From the human T2T-CHM13v2.0 reference genome, Homo sapiens, in the NCBI RefSeq assembly GCF_009914755.1, contig NC_060929.1: 64,000 bases of DNA. One strand, written 5' to 3'. The translations under genes and the position numbers were made by a program. Within the stretch, counting starts at the first letter, position 1; every line of letters starts with the position of its first letter. The notes below the pieces were generated by a model. The model was given only the letters and a program-made list of their open reading frames with translations. It searched no databases and had not been told where the DNA came from. Shown piece by piece: positions 49,098-62,612 of the stretch.

Positions 49098-49795
49098 CTG
49101 TGGGAAAGGAAGTCGGGGTTTGTCCAGCCGCGTACCTGGAGGCTCCTCTCCCACCTGGGAAAGGGGACTTCTGGGGGCAGGTGAGTTGGGGCAAACAGGA
49201 CCCCCAGGAAAAGTCCCTGGATGAGGAGGGAAGCCTCCATGCCCACCCTTGCCCTGAAGGGAGCCCGTCCTAGGAGCCACCGGGTCAGAGGGTGCTGTGG
49301 CTGTGGAGGGAACGAGGTCTACGTCCAGCATGCGTGAGGTGCCTTCCTCACAGGACGGGGGGCAGGAGGCCCATGACAGGGAAGTGGCTGGACCCCGGGC
49401 ACGAGGCGGGTGCAGGTGGAGGGAGGGTGGGTGCTGGGGCACGGGGAAGGACGCCTGTGGCTGCCGAGTGAGTACAGACACAACCTGGGGACACCTCGCG
49501 AGACACGTAGCAGGAATAGTCAGCCGTGGGCTCACCGCCTGCTGAGGACGGCACGAGACAGAGCTCCAGGCTGGAGACCCTGTCCACAAGTGCAGGCACC
49601 TCGGCCTGGCTGGAAGTGGGAGGGAAACCCCAGCTTTCACAACACAGCCCACCTGGACGTGCTCCCAGCTGCCCCTGTGAGGGCACACGACGCTCAAGCC
49701 CCAGGGAGGCCCCTCCAGGGAGCTGCCCCAGGCATAGCATGAGAGGGGCCCGCCCTCCCGTGCGCCGGGTCTGTAAGGGGGGCTGACAGCGCTTA

Positions 49796-50002
<207 letters not shown>

Positions 50003-50438
50003 TCAGTAAAACTCTCTGTTAACACTAGGAAAACAGTCACTGACGCCTGACGACCATGGCTGTACTCAACCACCTCTGAGGGGTGACGTGGCTCCCTGGG
50101 CCCCTGTGGGAGCTGTCACTCCAAAACCCAGTACATAGCTCCAGCTCCCAGCGTGCACACAGCACCTCGGCTGTGCATGCAACAAGGGGCTGAAGCGTCC
50201 ACCCAGCGCCTGATTCCTGGGGAGGGGAGTTAAGAAGACCCACAGCCCTGATGGGCTACGCCCCAAGCCTGGGAAGGCTGGGCTGACCACGGGAGGTACA
50301 AGGCACATGCAGACACCTGGGCATCCTCGTAACCAGAGGCCTTCCTCAGGTGCAGTCTCATCAGCTGCGCAGGGGCTTACTCCGCAAAGGAACAGTCAAG
50401 GACGCGCTGGGGTCTTCAGGCCCAGAGCAGCTGGCCTT

Positions 50439-50829
<391 letters not shown>

Positions 50830-51145
50830 TCATCCTGTGACCACCTGGTCCATCCTGTGACCACAGCCATCCTGTGACCACCTGGTCCATCAAGAGATGG
50901 GCCATCGTCCCTTCCCCAGCAGCCGTCTGTCCAGCCACACTGTCCCTGGCTGACCCCAGCGGGCGGCTGCCTGGAGGCCTGTGTACTTGTCTTCCCCGGC
51001 GCAACTCCCTTCCCGGCAGGATCCTGACTGCCCACAGCTGGCCATGCCTGTCTACTGCTTGTCCTGAGCAGGACCTCCCATCCACACTGCCCCACGCTCC
51101 AGGCCCATACACCCATCCCCAGGTCCCCGTCCTGTGGGGGCTCAC

Positions 51146-51264
51146 ATGGAGAGGATCGGGGCCACGCTGTCCAGAGAGGCGATGAGGATGCCAGTCTCGC
51201 AGATGAGGACTGTCAGCAGCAGCGCCCACGTGGGCTCCCCGTTGGCCTTCCCGTGGCCAAACAC
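51146..51264 (-). CDS. SLC12A7: SLC12A7 exon 13 ([18 protein letters not shown]...APILSM)
   Basis: tgcag|GTG...CAT|gtgagc, 119 bp. Confidence 0.97.
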
Positions 51265-51884
51265 CTGCAGGGAGAAGGGCAGGAAGATGGGGCAGATGAC
51301 ACCACCCTTTTAGGAGAGAAGCTGCAGGCTGGTCAGGTCTAGCCCAGATGAATCTTAAAGACACAGACCAGCAGAAACGCCTTTCACAGTAGGTCCCCGG
51401 GACATCACGCGGCTGGCCTGGGAAGAAGCCCTGACAAAGGGCTGCAGCCCAGGAGGCTTCAGAGCTGTGCCTACGCCCGGCTTGCCTGCAACCTGTGTGG
51501 CCCCAGCCTGCCCCCCCCCGCCTCAGTTTCCCCGACCACACAACACAGGACCAGCGTCTCCAGGGCACTCGCGGTTCCCCAGACCCTGTGGTGACCTTTC
51601 TCATCAGGCCACCCTCACCTCCCAGAAGCTGAGGCCCACGGGGCCTGTGTGCCTGTCCCCTTCCTGGACACCATGCCCTAGGCCCGGCTGGGACTGAAGA
51701 TGCAACCACACAAAGGCCCTGCGGGTCGGCACCCTGCCGAGGGACCAGCGACGGGCAAGGATGGCTCTGCCATCCACGACCTTCCCACAGCTGCCCCTGG
51801 GCCCAGGTAGCAGGAGGAGCCACAATCGGCAGCTCTGGGCACAGCACACGGACAGGACCCATGCGGGCGTCCGTGCAATCCTCA

Positions 51885-52511
<627 letters not shown>

Positions 52512-53154
52512 TCAGACAAAATGTCTTCTCCCACCCAGAGCGAGGGGCCCAGTGCAGTGGGGGCGACTCCTTGGAAAGCTGAGGCCCGGCCTCCAGTCCC
52601 CGTTGGCTGAAACCTCCACCAGGCTCTGCCCAGCATGGCCAGAATGCTCTGGAGGGTCTTCAGCGGGGGAGGGGGTCCTGCTCACCTCAGGGTCGCTCTT
52701 GGGAGCAGGGAAGACCCAGCCTGGCATCAGCTTCAGTCAGGGACCACCCAGGACCCCCGGGGCCTTGGGGCTGCCAGACACGCACACCCCATGAGGATGC
52801 AGGGTCAGTGATGACCTGCCTGGGACCCCACTACTTCTCCACTTGGCAGCAGGGCTGAGGGATCTCCCAGGGCCAAGCCTCACCCGTCCACACCCCTGTG
52901 GCCTCCCCAGGAAGGGCCTGCGCCCCCAGCCGCATCAGGGCTTGGAGTTGGCTCTGAACGGTTCCCCAGGCCCTAGGCTCCAGCGGAAGAGACGACACAT
53001 CAGACCAAGGGATCCCAACCCTGGGACCAGGACGCCTTCAGCTCTGCACGCGGACATGAAGTCCTAGGGCGATGTAATTTCAAAGCCGAATTCATCCTCA
53101 GGAAAACCCTTGAAGACTACAGGCTTTGCACGAAAACTGCAGGTGGAAACGTAC

Positions 53155-53212
53155 TTATCTCGTAAGACCACGCCTTCAATGCAGGCCCCAAACAGCACAA
53201 TGCAGGAGAGAT
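53155..53212 (-). CDS. SLC12A7: SLC12A7 exon 11 (YLSCIVLFGACIEGVVLRDK), non-canonical GG acceptor
   Basis: gctgtgg|AT CTC TCC...GATAA|gtacgt, 58 bp; only this boundary keeps frame. Confidence 0.92.
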
Positions 53213-53851
53213 CCACAGCCCTCGTCAAGGAAAGGCGGGTCCGTGGGTGCAGGGTCCTCAGGTACGGGGGGTGGGGTGGGGTGGGGTGGGGTGGGTGGGG
53301 AGATGCACTGGCCAGCGGGCCGCAGGATCCAGGTGGGCGGGGACCGTTCTGCATCCCATCCCATCCCGGGCACGTCCTGTCCCCCGTGTCCTCAGCGCAC
53401 CCTCCTGGGGCTCTGTCCAGCGCCACAGAACGGGGCCCTGGGGTGGTGGACACACACCTGGCCTGGTGCTTGACCGCCAGGGATTGGCAGGGGACCATGC
53501 TGAGGGGACAATGCTCGGCTGGAAAGAGGCAGCCTTGGGATTGAGAAGCCAGAGGCCCCGCGGGCCCAGCCTGCCGGCGGCACACCCCACACACCGCTGC
53601 GCATCACTGTCCACACGCGGCAGGGTGACTGCTTCTGTTTTCTCTACGATCGCATCACACAGTGGTGAAGAAGCCAGGGTCCTGACAGCAGCCCTTGCCC
53701 CGTCTCCCAGGGAGGATGACGTGGTGAGAGCACAGCCTAACCTGGGAAGTCACATGCTGGTGGCCGAGGGTATGATGCTGAGCCGGGGAGGGCATGGGGG
53801 CCTCCCCCCAGGCAGAGGCTGGAACCCTCGCCTGCACCCCTCCAAGGATAC
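53213..53851 (-). other. SLC12A7: U12-type intron 10 of SLC12A7 with GT-GG termini
   Basis: Donor GTATCCTT; branch site TTTCCTTGAC at 53233-53224; terminal GG at 53214-53213. Confidence 0.88.
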
Positions 53852-53950
53852 AGATGAAAGACGTCGTCACTATGGCCAGGATGGTCCCCGTGGGGATGGA
53901 CTTCTGTGCATCCTTGAGGTCCCCGGACCGGTTTGAACCCGCCATGATAC
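53852..53950 (-). CDS. SLC12A7: SLC12A7 exon 10 ([33 protein letters not shown])
   Basis: cacag|GT...ATCT|gtatcc, 99 bp; CCC-family [12 protein letters not shown] motif. Confidence 0.97.
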
Positions 53951-54576
53951 CTGTGAACATGGAAAATGCTGCAAAGACCCATCTGAGGAGTCAGTGCCAT
54001 GTGATGGCAGCCCCTGCCCAGAAAGCTGGAAAGGCGGTCTCTGGGGAGACCCCGAGCGTGAGCTGCAGCCGAGGCTGCAGTCCAAGCTCCGCCAGCCCAC
54101 GCTGCAATACTGCGGCTGAGGGGATGCGGGCCCAGGCACGCGGATGAGCACCCACGTCTACTGCTCCCCTGGATCCGAGGACGAGAACCGACCCCGTCAC
54201 TGACCCCCACGCCCCCCACACCCAGGGCTTCTCTGGAGCCTGTGTTAATCCCATGGCCAAGGGTCAGCCCAGAGACGGTGCTGAGCAATGGCTCACAGGC
54301 CCCCAGGACCTAAGGACTTTGGGAATGAGATCCTAGAACGACTCAGCCCAGCCAGCCAGGCCAGCAGACGCTGCGACCCCTCCCGCTGTGGCACCACCTT
54401 GCTCTAGGGAGCCACGGCCGGGGATGTTTCCACACAATCGGCTCCTACAAAGCTCTGGGAAGCCGGGTCGGTGGGGGCCACTTGACGCCTGGCTCGGTCC
54501 CATCCAAGGCGCAGCCTGAAGCACCCATTGCTCGGGGTGGCCTGGGAGGCAGCAGAGCCCACAATCCAGTGCCGCG

Positions 54577-54683
54577 GAGACACCCGGAGCCACGCAGAGG
54601 CTCTGCCCCCACGCCCTCCACCCGCGGCTCAGAGACACCCGGAGCCACGCAGAGGCTCTGCCCCCACGCCCTCCACCCGCGGC
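54577..54683. repeat. 55-bp tandem duplication
   Basis: GAGACACCCGGAGCCACGCAGAGGCTCTGCCCCCACGCCCTCCACCCGCGG twice. Confidence 0.9.
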
Positions 54684-55327
54684 GCGGAGTGCACGCAGAC
54701 GGACGGGGGAGGCTGGAGCGGAGGTACAGGGAGAGGACCCCCGGCAGATCACCCCCTCCATAGCAAGACGGGCCCACCTTCAGTGGAGGCAAGGGAAACA
54801 CGAGAAGCCAGCGCTGTGGCCAGGCCCTGCAGCTGACCCTGGGCTCCAGGGCTTTCGGATGTGCTGAGATGAAGTCCGGGAGCAGACGTGGGAGGGACCA
54901 GAAGGGACCAGAAGGGCAGCTGCAGGCTGCACAAGCAGCCAGCGCCTGTCAGGGGCGTCCCGACAAGAAGGCCGAGTGGAGACAGCCGGGGGCGTGTGTG
55001 TGCGACTCGAAGAGCACGGGGCCTGGCCCCACCCCCTGGGGAACAACCAAGGGCCCCACCCACCGCCGGAACAAGGCCCACTGTTTGAGGAGGACACAGA
55101 GGGCCGAGGTCCCCGGCCTCTGAGCTCACACTGAGGCCACTCCTAGGTGTCTCCTAACAGCCTGCCAGGTGTTCCCAGCAACCCTACAACAGCTTCTCCT
55201 GACACAGGGCTGCCTGGGAGAGCAGCAGACAGGCTTCTCACAAATCCATCAGGACGCAGGGCAGAGACCTCAGCCACTTCCCCTGAGCCAAACAGGCAAG
55301 ATAAGCAGGGGCAGGAAGGAACACACT

Positions 55328-55520
55328 ACAGAGAGAGAGACAGAGAGAGAGACAGACAGACAGACAGAGAGAGAGAGAGGGAGGGAGGGAAGAAGAGGGA
55401 GACAGAGAGAGAGAGAGAGAGACAGAGAGAGAGGGAAAAGGGTAGGGGGAGAGAGAGAGTGCCGGAGGAGAGAATGACAGAGACAGAGAAATGGACAAAG
55501 ACAAAGGAAGAGAAAGAAGG
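55328..55520. repeat. (GA)n/(GACA)n purine-rich simple repeat
   Basis: Direct inspection. Confidence 0.9.
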
Positions 55521-55522
55521 AA

Positions 55523-55868
55523 GCCAGGCGTGGTGGCTCAAGACGTCTGTAATCCCAGCACTTTGGGAGGCTGAGGATGGCTTGAGCTCAGGAGTTTGAG
55601 ACCAGCCTGAGCAACGTGGGGAGACCCCCGTCTACAAAAAATACAGACATTAACCGGGCGTGGTACCGTGTGCCTGGGGTCCCGGCTGCCCCCCTCTACA
55701 AAAAATACAGATATTAGCCGGGCGTGGTACTGGGTGCCTGGGGTCCCAGCTGCTTGGGAGACTCAGGTGGGAGGAATATTTGTGTCTAGGAGTTGAGGCT
55801 GCAGTGAGCCGTGATCACACCACTGCCCTCCAGCCTGGGTGACAGAGCAAGACCTTGCCTCAAAAAAG
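55523..55868 (+). mobile_element. Alu (AluJ-like) with internal duplication of the linker region
   Basis: GCCAGGCGTGGTGGCTCA...; CTACAAAAAATACAGA..TTA.CCGGGCGTGGTAC..GTGCCTGGGGTCCC occurs twice. Confidence 0.88.
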
Positions 55869-55916
55869 AGAGGGAGAGAAAGAAAGAGAAGGGGAAGCCT
55901 GGAGCAGCGGGCTCAC

Positions 55917-56084
55917 CGGTCACGGAAGGGAAGTAGATGCCAACCAGCAGGGTGAAGGAGGCCGCGATGTCGGTGAGCACGTAGGGCAGTGTGCTGGCAC
56001 GGCTCTCCTCTGCCACGGGCACCGAGGGCACACCTTTCTTCTCCACAAACGCCCCCGCGTGCGCGTACGTACTCCACAGGTTCT
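55917..56084 (-). CDS. SLC12A7: SLC12A7 exon 9 (ENLWSTY...SFTLLVGIYFPSVT)
   Basis: ggcag|AG...ACCG|gtgagc, 168 bp. Confidence 0.97.
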
Positions 56085-56327
56085 CTGCCGGGCAAGGAAG
56101 ATCCCATGGGTTTCTGGCACCTTCTGTGCAGTGCCCCCGCCATGGGGCCGCCCACTCCCCGGCAGGTGCCACTGGTGGCCGGAGGGGAAGGGTCACAGCT
56201 TGTGCGCCGCAAGCAGGCTCCAATTCAAACACGCTTTCGAGATGGTACCTCTGGGAAAGCTGCCTGTCTGCCTCTACGGAGGGAAGGTCAGCACTAAAGA
56301 GAAGCCTCATGTGGGGAACAACATACT

Positions 56328-57662
56328 CCTGGAAAGCCTGGGCTTCCCGTCTCGGGTTCTGGAAAGTCCAGGCTTCCCGTCTCGGGTTCTGGAAAGCCTG
56401 GGCTTCCTCTCTAGGGTTCTGGAAAGTCCGGGCTTCCCCGTCTCGGGTTCTGGGGAAGTCCGGGCTTCCCGTCTCAGGTTCTGGAAAGTCCGGGCTTCCC
56501 GTCTCGGGTTCTGGAAAGTCCGGGCTTCCTCTCTAGGGTTCTGGAAAGCCTGGGCTTCCTCTCTAGGGTTCTGGAAAGTCCGGGCTTCCCCGTCTCGGGT
56601 TCTGGAAAGCCTGGGCTTCCTCTCTAGGGTTCTGGAAAGTCCGGGCTTCCCCGTCTCGGGTTCTGGAAAGCCTGGGCTTCCTCTCTAGGGTTCTGGAAAG
56701 TCCGGGCTTCCCGTCTCGGGTTCTGGAAAGTCCAGGCTTCCCGTCTCGGGTTCTGGAAAGTCCAGGCTTCCCGTCTCGGGTTCTGGAAAGCCTGGGCTTC
56801 CCATCTTGGGTTCTGGAAAGCCTGGGCTTCCTCTCTAGGGTTCTGGAAAGTCCGGGCTTCCCCGTCTCGGGTTCTGGGGAAGTCCGGGCTTCCCGTCTCA
56901 GGTTCTGGAAAGTCCGGGCTTCCTGTCTCGGGTTCTGGAAAGTCCGGGCTTCCTCTCTAGGGTTCTGGAAAGCCTGGGCTTCCTCTCTAGGGTTCTGGAA
57001 AGTCCGGGCTTCCCCGTCTCGGGTTCTGGAAAGCCTGGGCTTCCTCTCTAGGGTTCTGGAAAGTCCGGGCTTCCCATCTCGGGTTCTGGAAAGCCTGGGC
57101 TTCCCATCTCAGGTTCTGGAAAGTCCAGGCTTCCCGTCTTGGGTTCTGGAAAGCCTGGGCTTCCCGTCTCAGGTTCTGGAAAGTCCAGGCTTCCCGTCTT
57201 GGGTTCTGGAAAGCCTGGGCTTCCCGTCTCGGGTTCTGGAAAGTCCAGGCTTCCCGTCTCGGGTTCTGGAAAGCCTGGGCTTCCCGTCTCGGGTTCTGGA
57301 AAGCCTGGGCTTCCCGTCTCGGGTTCTGGAAAGCCTGGGCTTCCTCTCTAGGGTTCTGGAAAGTCCAGGCTTCCCATCTCAGGTTCTGGAAAGCCTGGGC
57401 TTCCCGTCTCAGGTTCTGGAAAGTCCAGGCTTCCCGTCTTGGGTTCTGGAAAGCCTGGGCTTCCTCTCTAGGGTTCTGGAAAGTCCGGGCTTCCCCATCT
57501 CGGGTTCTGGAAAGTCCGGGCTTCCTCTCTAGGGTTCTGGAAAGCCTGGGCTTCCTCTCTAGGGCTCTGGAAAGCCTGGGCTTCCTGTCTTGGGTTCTGG
57601 AAAGCCTGGGCTTCCCGTCTCGGGTTCTGGAAAGTCCGGGCTTCCCGTCTCGGGTTCTGGAG
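56328..57662. repeat. 30/31-bp VNTR, ~44 copies, in SLC12A7 intron 8
   Basis: CTGGAAAG(CCTG/TCCG/TCCA)GGCTTCC(CGTCTCG/TCTCTAG)GGTT. Confidence 0.98.
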
Positions 57663-58085
57663 CAGGTCTCGTGTACCCTGCCAGGGGTCCTTTTCCCTCA
57701 ACCCCCTGGGGCAGGTCCGAGGCAGCCTCTCATCAGAGAAGGATACACAGAGGGGGAAGCTACCGCCCAGCTACCACTCCCTTCTTAACACAGCAAGTTC
57801 CCCATACATGCTGCCAGGAGGTCATGAAAATAAATCCATAGCATTAAGACCAGCTTGCTGACCATGACGGAGGCTGTCTCCCTGCCACACCGTGTTTGGC
57901 TTCTATGGCTCTGCCAGGGGTGTGTACAGGGACCCCCAGGCTCATCAGCAGCAGCTGGGAAGGGGCTCGGCCAGGCAGGAGGAATTGGGGCCCTGAGAGT
58001 GACTCTAAGGCGAGAGCAGCCACCAGGGCCAGCGCCTGCTGCCCCCGCCACCCCCCAGCTCCAGCTGCAGCCCTGTGAGCCTCAC

Positions 58086-58297
58086 CCAGGAAGACACCAC
58101 TGGCCGCGCCCGGGATGCCCTGGATTTCGGTGACGTTGTTCTGGATGAAGTACTCGTCACAGGCGGCGCTGGGCTGGGAGCCGTTGCAGAAGAGGCCCCA
58201 GAGCGCGGAGGTGGCTGAGTTGTTGTGGATGCCGTAGGCCTTGACGCAGGCATCGAAGCTGCGCCGTGACAGCGTGCGGTTCCCCAGGAGGCAGACC
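58086..58297 (-). CDS. SLC12A7: SLC12A7 exon 8 ([10 protein letters not shown]...[13 protein letters not shown]), extracellular loop with N-glycosylation sequons
   Basis: cccag|G...CTGG|gtgagg, 212 bp; NRT, NNS, NGS, NVT sequons. Confidence 0.97.
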
Positions 58298-58569
58298 CTG
58301 GGCGGGACAGGGAGGCACGGCACGTGTGCTGCCACCGAAGTGGCTTTTACTGCCCCACCCAGCTCCCCCAACGGGCACCCATGGTGTCGCCCGCGAGTGG
58401 CTCCTGGCACCCTGCACCTCCCAAGACAGGAAGGCCACAGATCACGCCAGGGACCGGGCCCAGGCCAGGCTGCAGCAGGAACGCAAGGGCCAGGGATCAC
58501 ACTGGGGACCGGGGACTGGGGACCAGGGACCGGGGACCAGGCCAGGCTGCAGCAGGAACGCTGTACTGT

Positions 58570-58955
58570 ACAGCCGTCCCCTCATCCATGGTTCGGCCAC
58601 CCATGGTCCAAACGTGCTAAATGAAGCGTTCTAGACGTAAACAATTCACACGTTTTCCACCGCGCGGTGCCGAGTAGTGAGGTGGAACCCAGCAACCTCC
58701 CCCCGCGCCAGCACAGCCACGCTGCAGCCGCTCCCTCCCCGAGGCCCTCGGCGGCGTCCTGGCCGGGTCAGCTGTCACAATCTCAGTGTCTGAGTTCAAG
58801 CCACCCTCGTGCCACGTGCCAACGGCCAAGAGCACAGGAGTGCCGCCCCCGACGTATAAGCCAGGCCTGTACGTGGAAAACAGTCTACACAGGGCCGTAG
58901 CGTCAGGCATCGGCAGGGGGTCTCAGGACGGGTCCCCGAGGGGGAGGGCAGCTGT
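58570..58955 (+). mobile_element. MER44-like (TcMar-Tigger) element, diverged
   Basis: TACAGCCGTCCCCTCATCC start, TAAACAATTCACACGTTTT, TCAGGCATCGGCAGGGGGTCTC end resemble MER44/Tigger7. Confidence 0.6.
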
Positions 58956-59572
58956 GCTTCCCTAAAACGGGCTTGTGGGGTTGCAGCTGTTCTGCCTCCC
59001 TCTGTTTTGAGGCCTCTATGAGGCTGTTCCTTCAGGGGCTCCCTCCACGCAGAGACGGCAAAACCGCGGGAGCCTCAAGGGGCTTGGCTGCTGGCCCTTT
59101 CTGGACCTGCTCCCTGCGGGCTCTGGTGGCCACTCCCATGTTCCAGGACCCTGGGCCGCCTCCCAGCTGCTCCTCCAAAAGGACAAGAAAAGAGCCCCTC
59201 CAAGCACCTCTGGGAGGGAGAAGACACCCAGGCCCCAGCAGCAGCCAGGGCCACACCCACGACGCTCACTGCACCTGACCGTGCTCAGGGCCACCGGCCA
59301 CCCCTGAAACCTGCCAGACCCCTCACCAGCCCTCCTGCCACTGAGGAGGGTCTTCATGCTCAGACCCGGCCACGAGGGTACCTCGGCCCACCTCACCGTT
59401 GGGTTTCCCGTAATCCCCAGAACGAGCCCACGGGGGTTCCCGCCACGGTCACACCCAGCCCACCCCTTGCGGGGAGCTCGGCGTCAAGGATGATGGACGA
59501 GAGGCGGGCAGAGCCCATGGGACCTGGCCCCAGCCCCACACCCACCCACGGCTCAGAGGCCCCGAGACTCAC

Positions 59573-59814
59573 GGGATGTCCGGGGGGTCGAAGGCAGACT
59601 TGATGACGCCGGCATAGATGGCCAGGATGGACAGCACGACGCAGGCCAGGAAGACCAGCGCCAGCTTGTTGACATACTTGACGCCCACGAAGACCACCAG
59701 GGCCATGAGCACGAGCGTGCACGTGCCGTACACACGCATGTTGTGCAGCATGGCGGCCGCCTCGCCACCTGCAGCCTCCGCCTGGAAGATGGCCGCACCC
59801 GGGGAGATGTACGT
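59573..59814 (-). CDS. SLC12A7: SLC12A7 exon 7 ([10 protein letters not shown]...NMRVYGT...VGVKYVNK...FDPPDIP)
   Basis: cacag|ACG...ATCCC|gtgagt, 242 bp. Confidence 0.97.
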
Positions 59815-59947
59815 CTGTGGGAACAAGGCAGGTCGGGAGGCCGTCCCCGGACACAACTCCCCAGTGCCCGTCCCTCCCGCAAGCCCCCAGCGCCACACAG
59901 GGGCCTCCTCCCAACAGGTGCCGGGGCCATCGGGACGCATCCGTGCT

Positions 59948-60046
59948 GGACGGAGCCCGCGGGGGTCAGCGCACAGGCAAGGGACGGAGCCCGCGGGGGT
60001 CAGCGCACAGGCGAGGGACGGAGCCCGCGGGGGTCAGCGCACAGGC
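59948..60046. repeat. ~34-bp tandem repeat, 3 copies
   Basis: GGACGGAGCCCGCGGGGGTCAGCGCACAGGC. Confidence 0.92.
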
Positions 60047-61143
60047 CATGGACAGCCAGGGGCCTGAACGTTTCCCAGGAACCACCCGGGAGCCTTAGAG
60101 TAAAGCAACTTCAGGACCCGGGGCATCCGCATGTCCGCACTCAAAAGAAACACCTTCTGCTAAGAGGAATGTGACTGCTGCCCAGAGAGCTCGGCCCACC
60201 CCGGCTGGACGTCCTGGACACACACAGGGTCTGACCACGCCGGCGGGGGGCAACCTCTGTTCTGCCCAGATTCAAGGGAAGGGACGGAGACGTGAGACAG
60301 TGCTGCTCAGCTCCCTCAAGACCAGGACAGGACTGGGGTGCAGCAGGCATGGAGGGCATGGCACCCACCCCCACCAAAGGGGATCCTGGGAGTGCGGCAG
60401 CCACGGCACCTGGGGCAGGTGGAAAGATGGAGGGACATGGCCAGGGGACTCGGGTTGGGACGGGTGTGGGTGCGACCCCACTGAAAGGTTTCAGAACCTT
60501 CTTGGCCATGTGGCTCTCTTCAGGAACCCAGGAGGCCAGGAACCAGGTCTGGCAGCAGAGGGAGGGGCAGAAAGACTGGGGACAGGGGCTCAGGTGAGCG
60601 TCTCTGAAGCCCTGCAGGGACAGCGGGTTTCAGAACCTCAGCAGGAAGGACAGCACCCGTCGGCCAGAGAAGGGCGGTTCCCGTCCCCACGAGGACCAAG
60701 GAACTCAGGCCACAGCTCTCAGCTGTGCTCAGGTGATGTGGGACATGCTTTGAGCATGCCTGTTTTGAGAAGGTGATGACATCACCTGGTTGTACATTGC
60801 TGGGCTCTGGGACCCTCGGCCAAGTGCCCAGATCAGGCAGAGAAGAGGCTGGGATCCTGGCAAAAGGTTCTTCTAAGCCGAGTTCCAGCCCTGCTCCTAA
60901 AACAGCTCCGACTGCAGGACTGCACCTACGCGGGGCTCAGATCTACAGTCCAGATGTCTACCCAGCTCATGCCAGGCACGCCTCACGGAGGGCAGCAATG
61001 GTGCTCAAGGGGGACACAGGTCGCTGCTGAGTGGACGCTGCCCAGTGGCTTCCGCCATGGCCAGAGCCCAGGAGAGCCCAGGGGCAGCCAGGGCAGTGGG
61101 GTCAGGATGGCTCAGTGTGCTGTGTGTGCCACAGAGTGGGTCA

Positions 61144-61368
<225 letters not shown>

Positions 61369-62072
61369 TCAGGGGCGCACTTGGACTCGGACCCGAGGTG
61401 CGGTCTGCGCTGCCATTCACGGGCAAAGGAGGGCCTGTCTCTGCGAAGGCAGCGTGTAGACCCTCGTCCACCCGCAAAGCAGCACATGGAGACGCTTCCA
61501 CGGTGAACTCTCCCCTCCCGAGGCTCGGCACACGTTCCACACCGAGAGCACGCGCTCTCATGGACATGAGGACCAGGTGAGGTCAGGGATAAGGCTCTCT
61601 GGGGAGCAGGAGGCCCCAGCAGGTCCCAGAAAAAGTCCCGCGTACATCAGTGGCAGCCCCAGCCCCCACTTCCACTAAGTTTTGCTTATGAAAAAGGCAA
61701 AAGAGAAACTAGGATGTTCAGGAGTCGTCTCGTGTACTGTGAACCACGCACGCTATCACTGGCGGGAAAGCCGGGCGCAACCCCAGGGCTGCCTGGAGAA
61801 CGCAGCTCTCCCTGCTCTGAGCAGTGCGTGTGGCATGTGGAAGGGGTCCTAATGGACGCGGCCATCGTGAAGCAGAGACTGGTCCCTTGGCTGCGGAGGG
61901 AGACCCCTGGTGAAGGCCCTCGTGCTCTCCTGAGGCCGGGGAAGTCCGCTGAGCACCAAGCGATGCCCCCGTGGGGATGGGGACCAGCTGCGTGAGGACC
62001 TGGTGCTGAGCAAGCCCAGCCGTTAACACGCGCAGCACACATGCACTCAGAAGCAGACGCGGCAGCGTCTCC

Positions 62073-62238
62073 GTTCACTAGTTATTTCGTATCGTAATTC
62101 GTTTATTACTAATTAACAGTATCATCTCAGTTTACTAGTTATTACGTATTGTAATTAACTTATTACTAATTAATATCATCTCGGTTCACTAGTTATTTAG
62201 TTATTATGTATTGTAATTAACTTATTACTAATTAACAA
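62073..62238. repeat. AT-rich ~60-bp triplication in SLC12A7 intron 5
   Basis: GTT(C/T)ACTAGTTATT...GTAATT...TTATTACTAATTAA three times. Confidence 0.88.
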
Positions 62239-62612
62239 GGTCAGGGCAGTGTTTTGTCTTCACCTTCCCTCGTGAGATACAGGTTCCAAGAACTCAGCCT
62301 ATGGCACACGCTGGGCTACAGGAGCCACTGGAATCGCCCGTGCCTCCCCCTCCCCAGCCCGCTGCCTGGTGGGCACTGCCTACCCTGGCAAGAGACGGTC
62401 ACCACGCAGCAAAATGGGGAAGAAAACCAAACAGCCGTGACCTCACGGCTCAAACGCCAGAGGAGCCAGTGGAGAACACGCAGAAGGCCCGGCTGAGACC
62501 CCCAGGCAGCCCCCGGCCCGGCCTCGCCAAGCGGCCTCCTCGCGGTTGCCGTGCGGCAAAACACAGACTCCTCTAACAGGACTCAGGGCCGCGGCTGGCG
62601 GGCACCCCTTAC

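Noticed and set aside
53223-53224. AG near 53222-53221 as the exon 11 acceptor
   Set aside because: Adds 8 nt, shifts frame and sits only a few nt from the branch adenosine.
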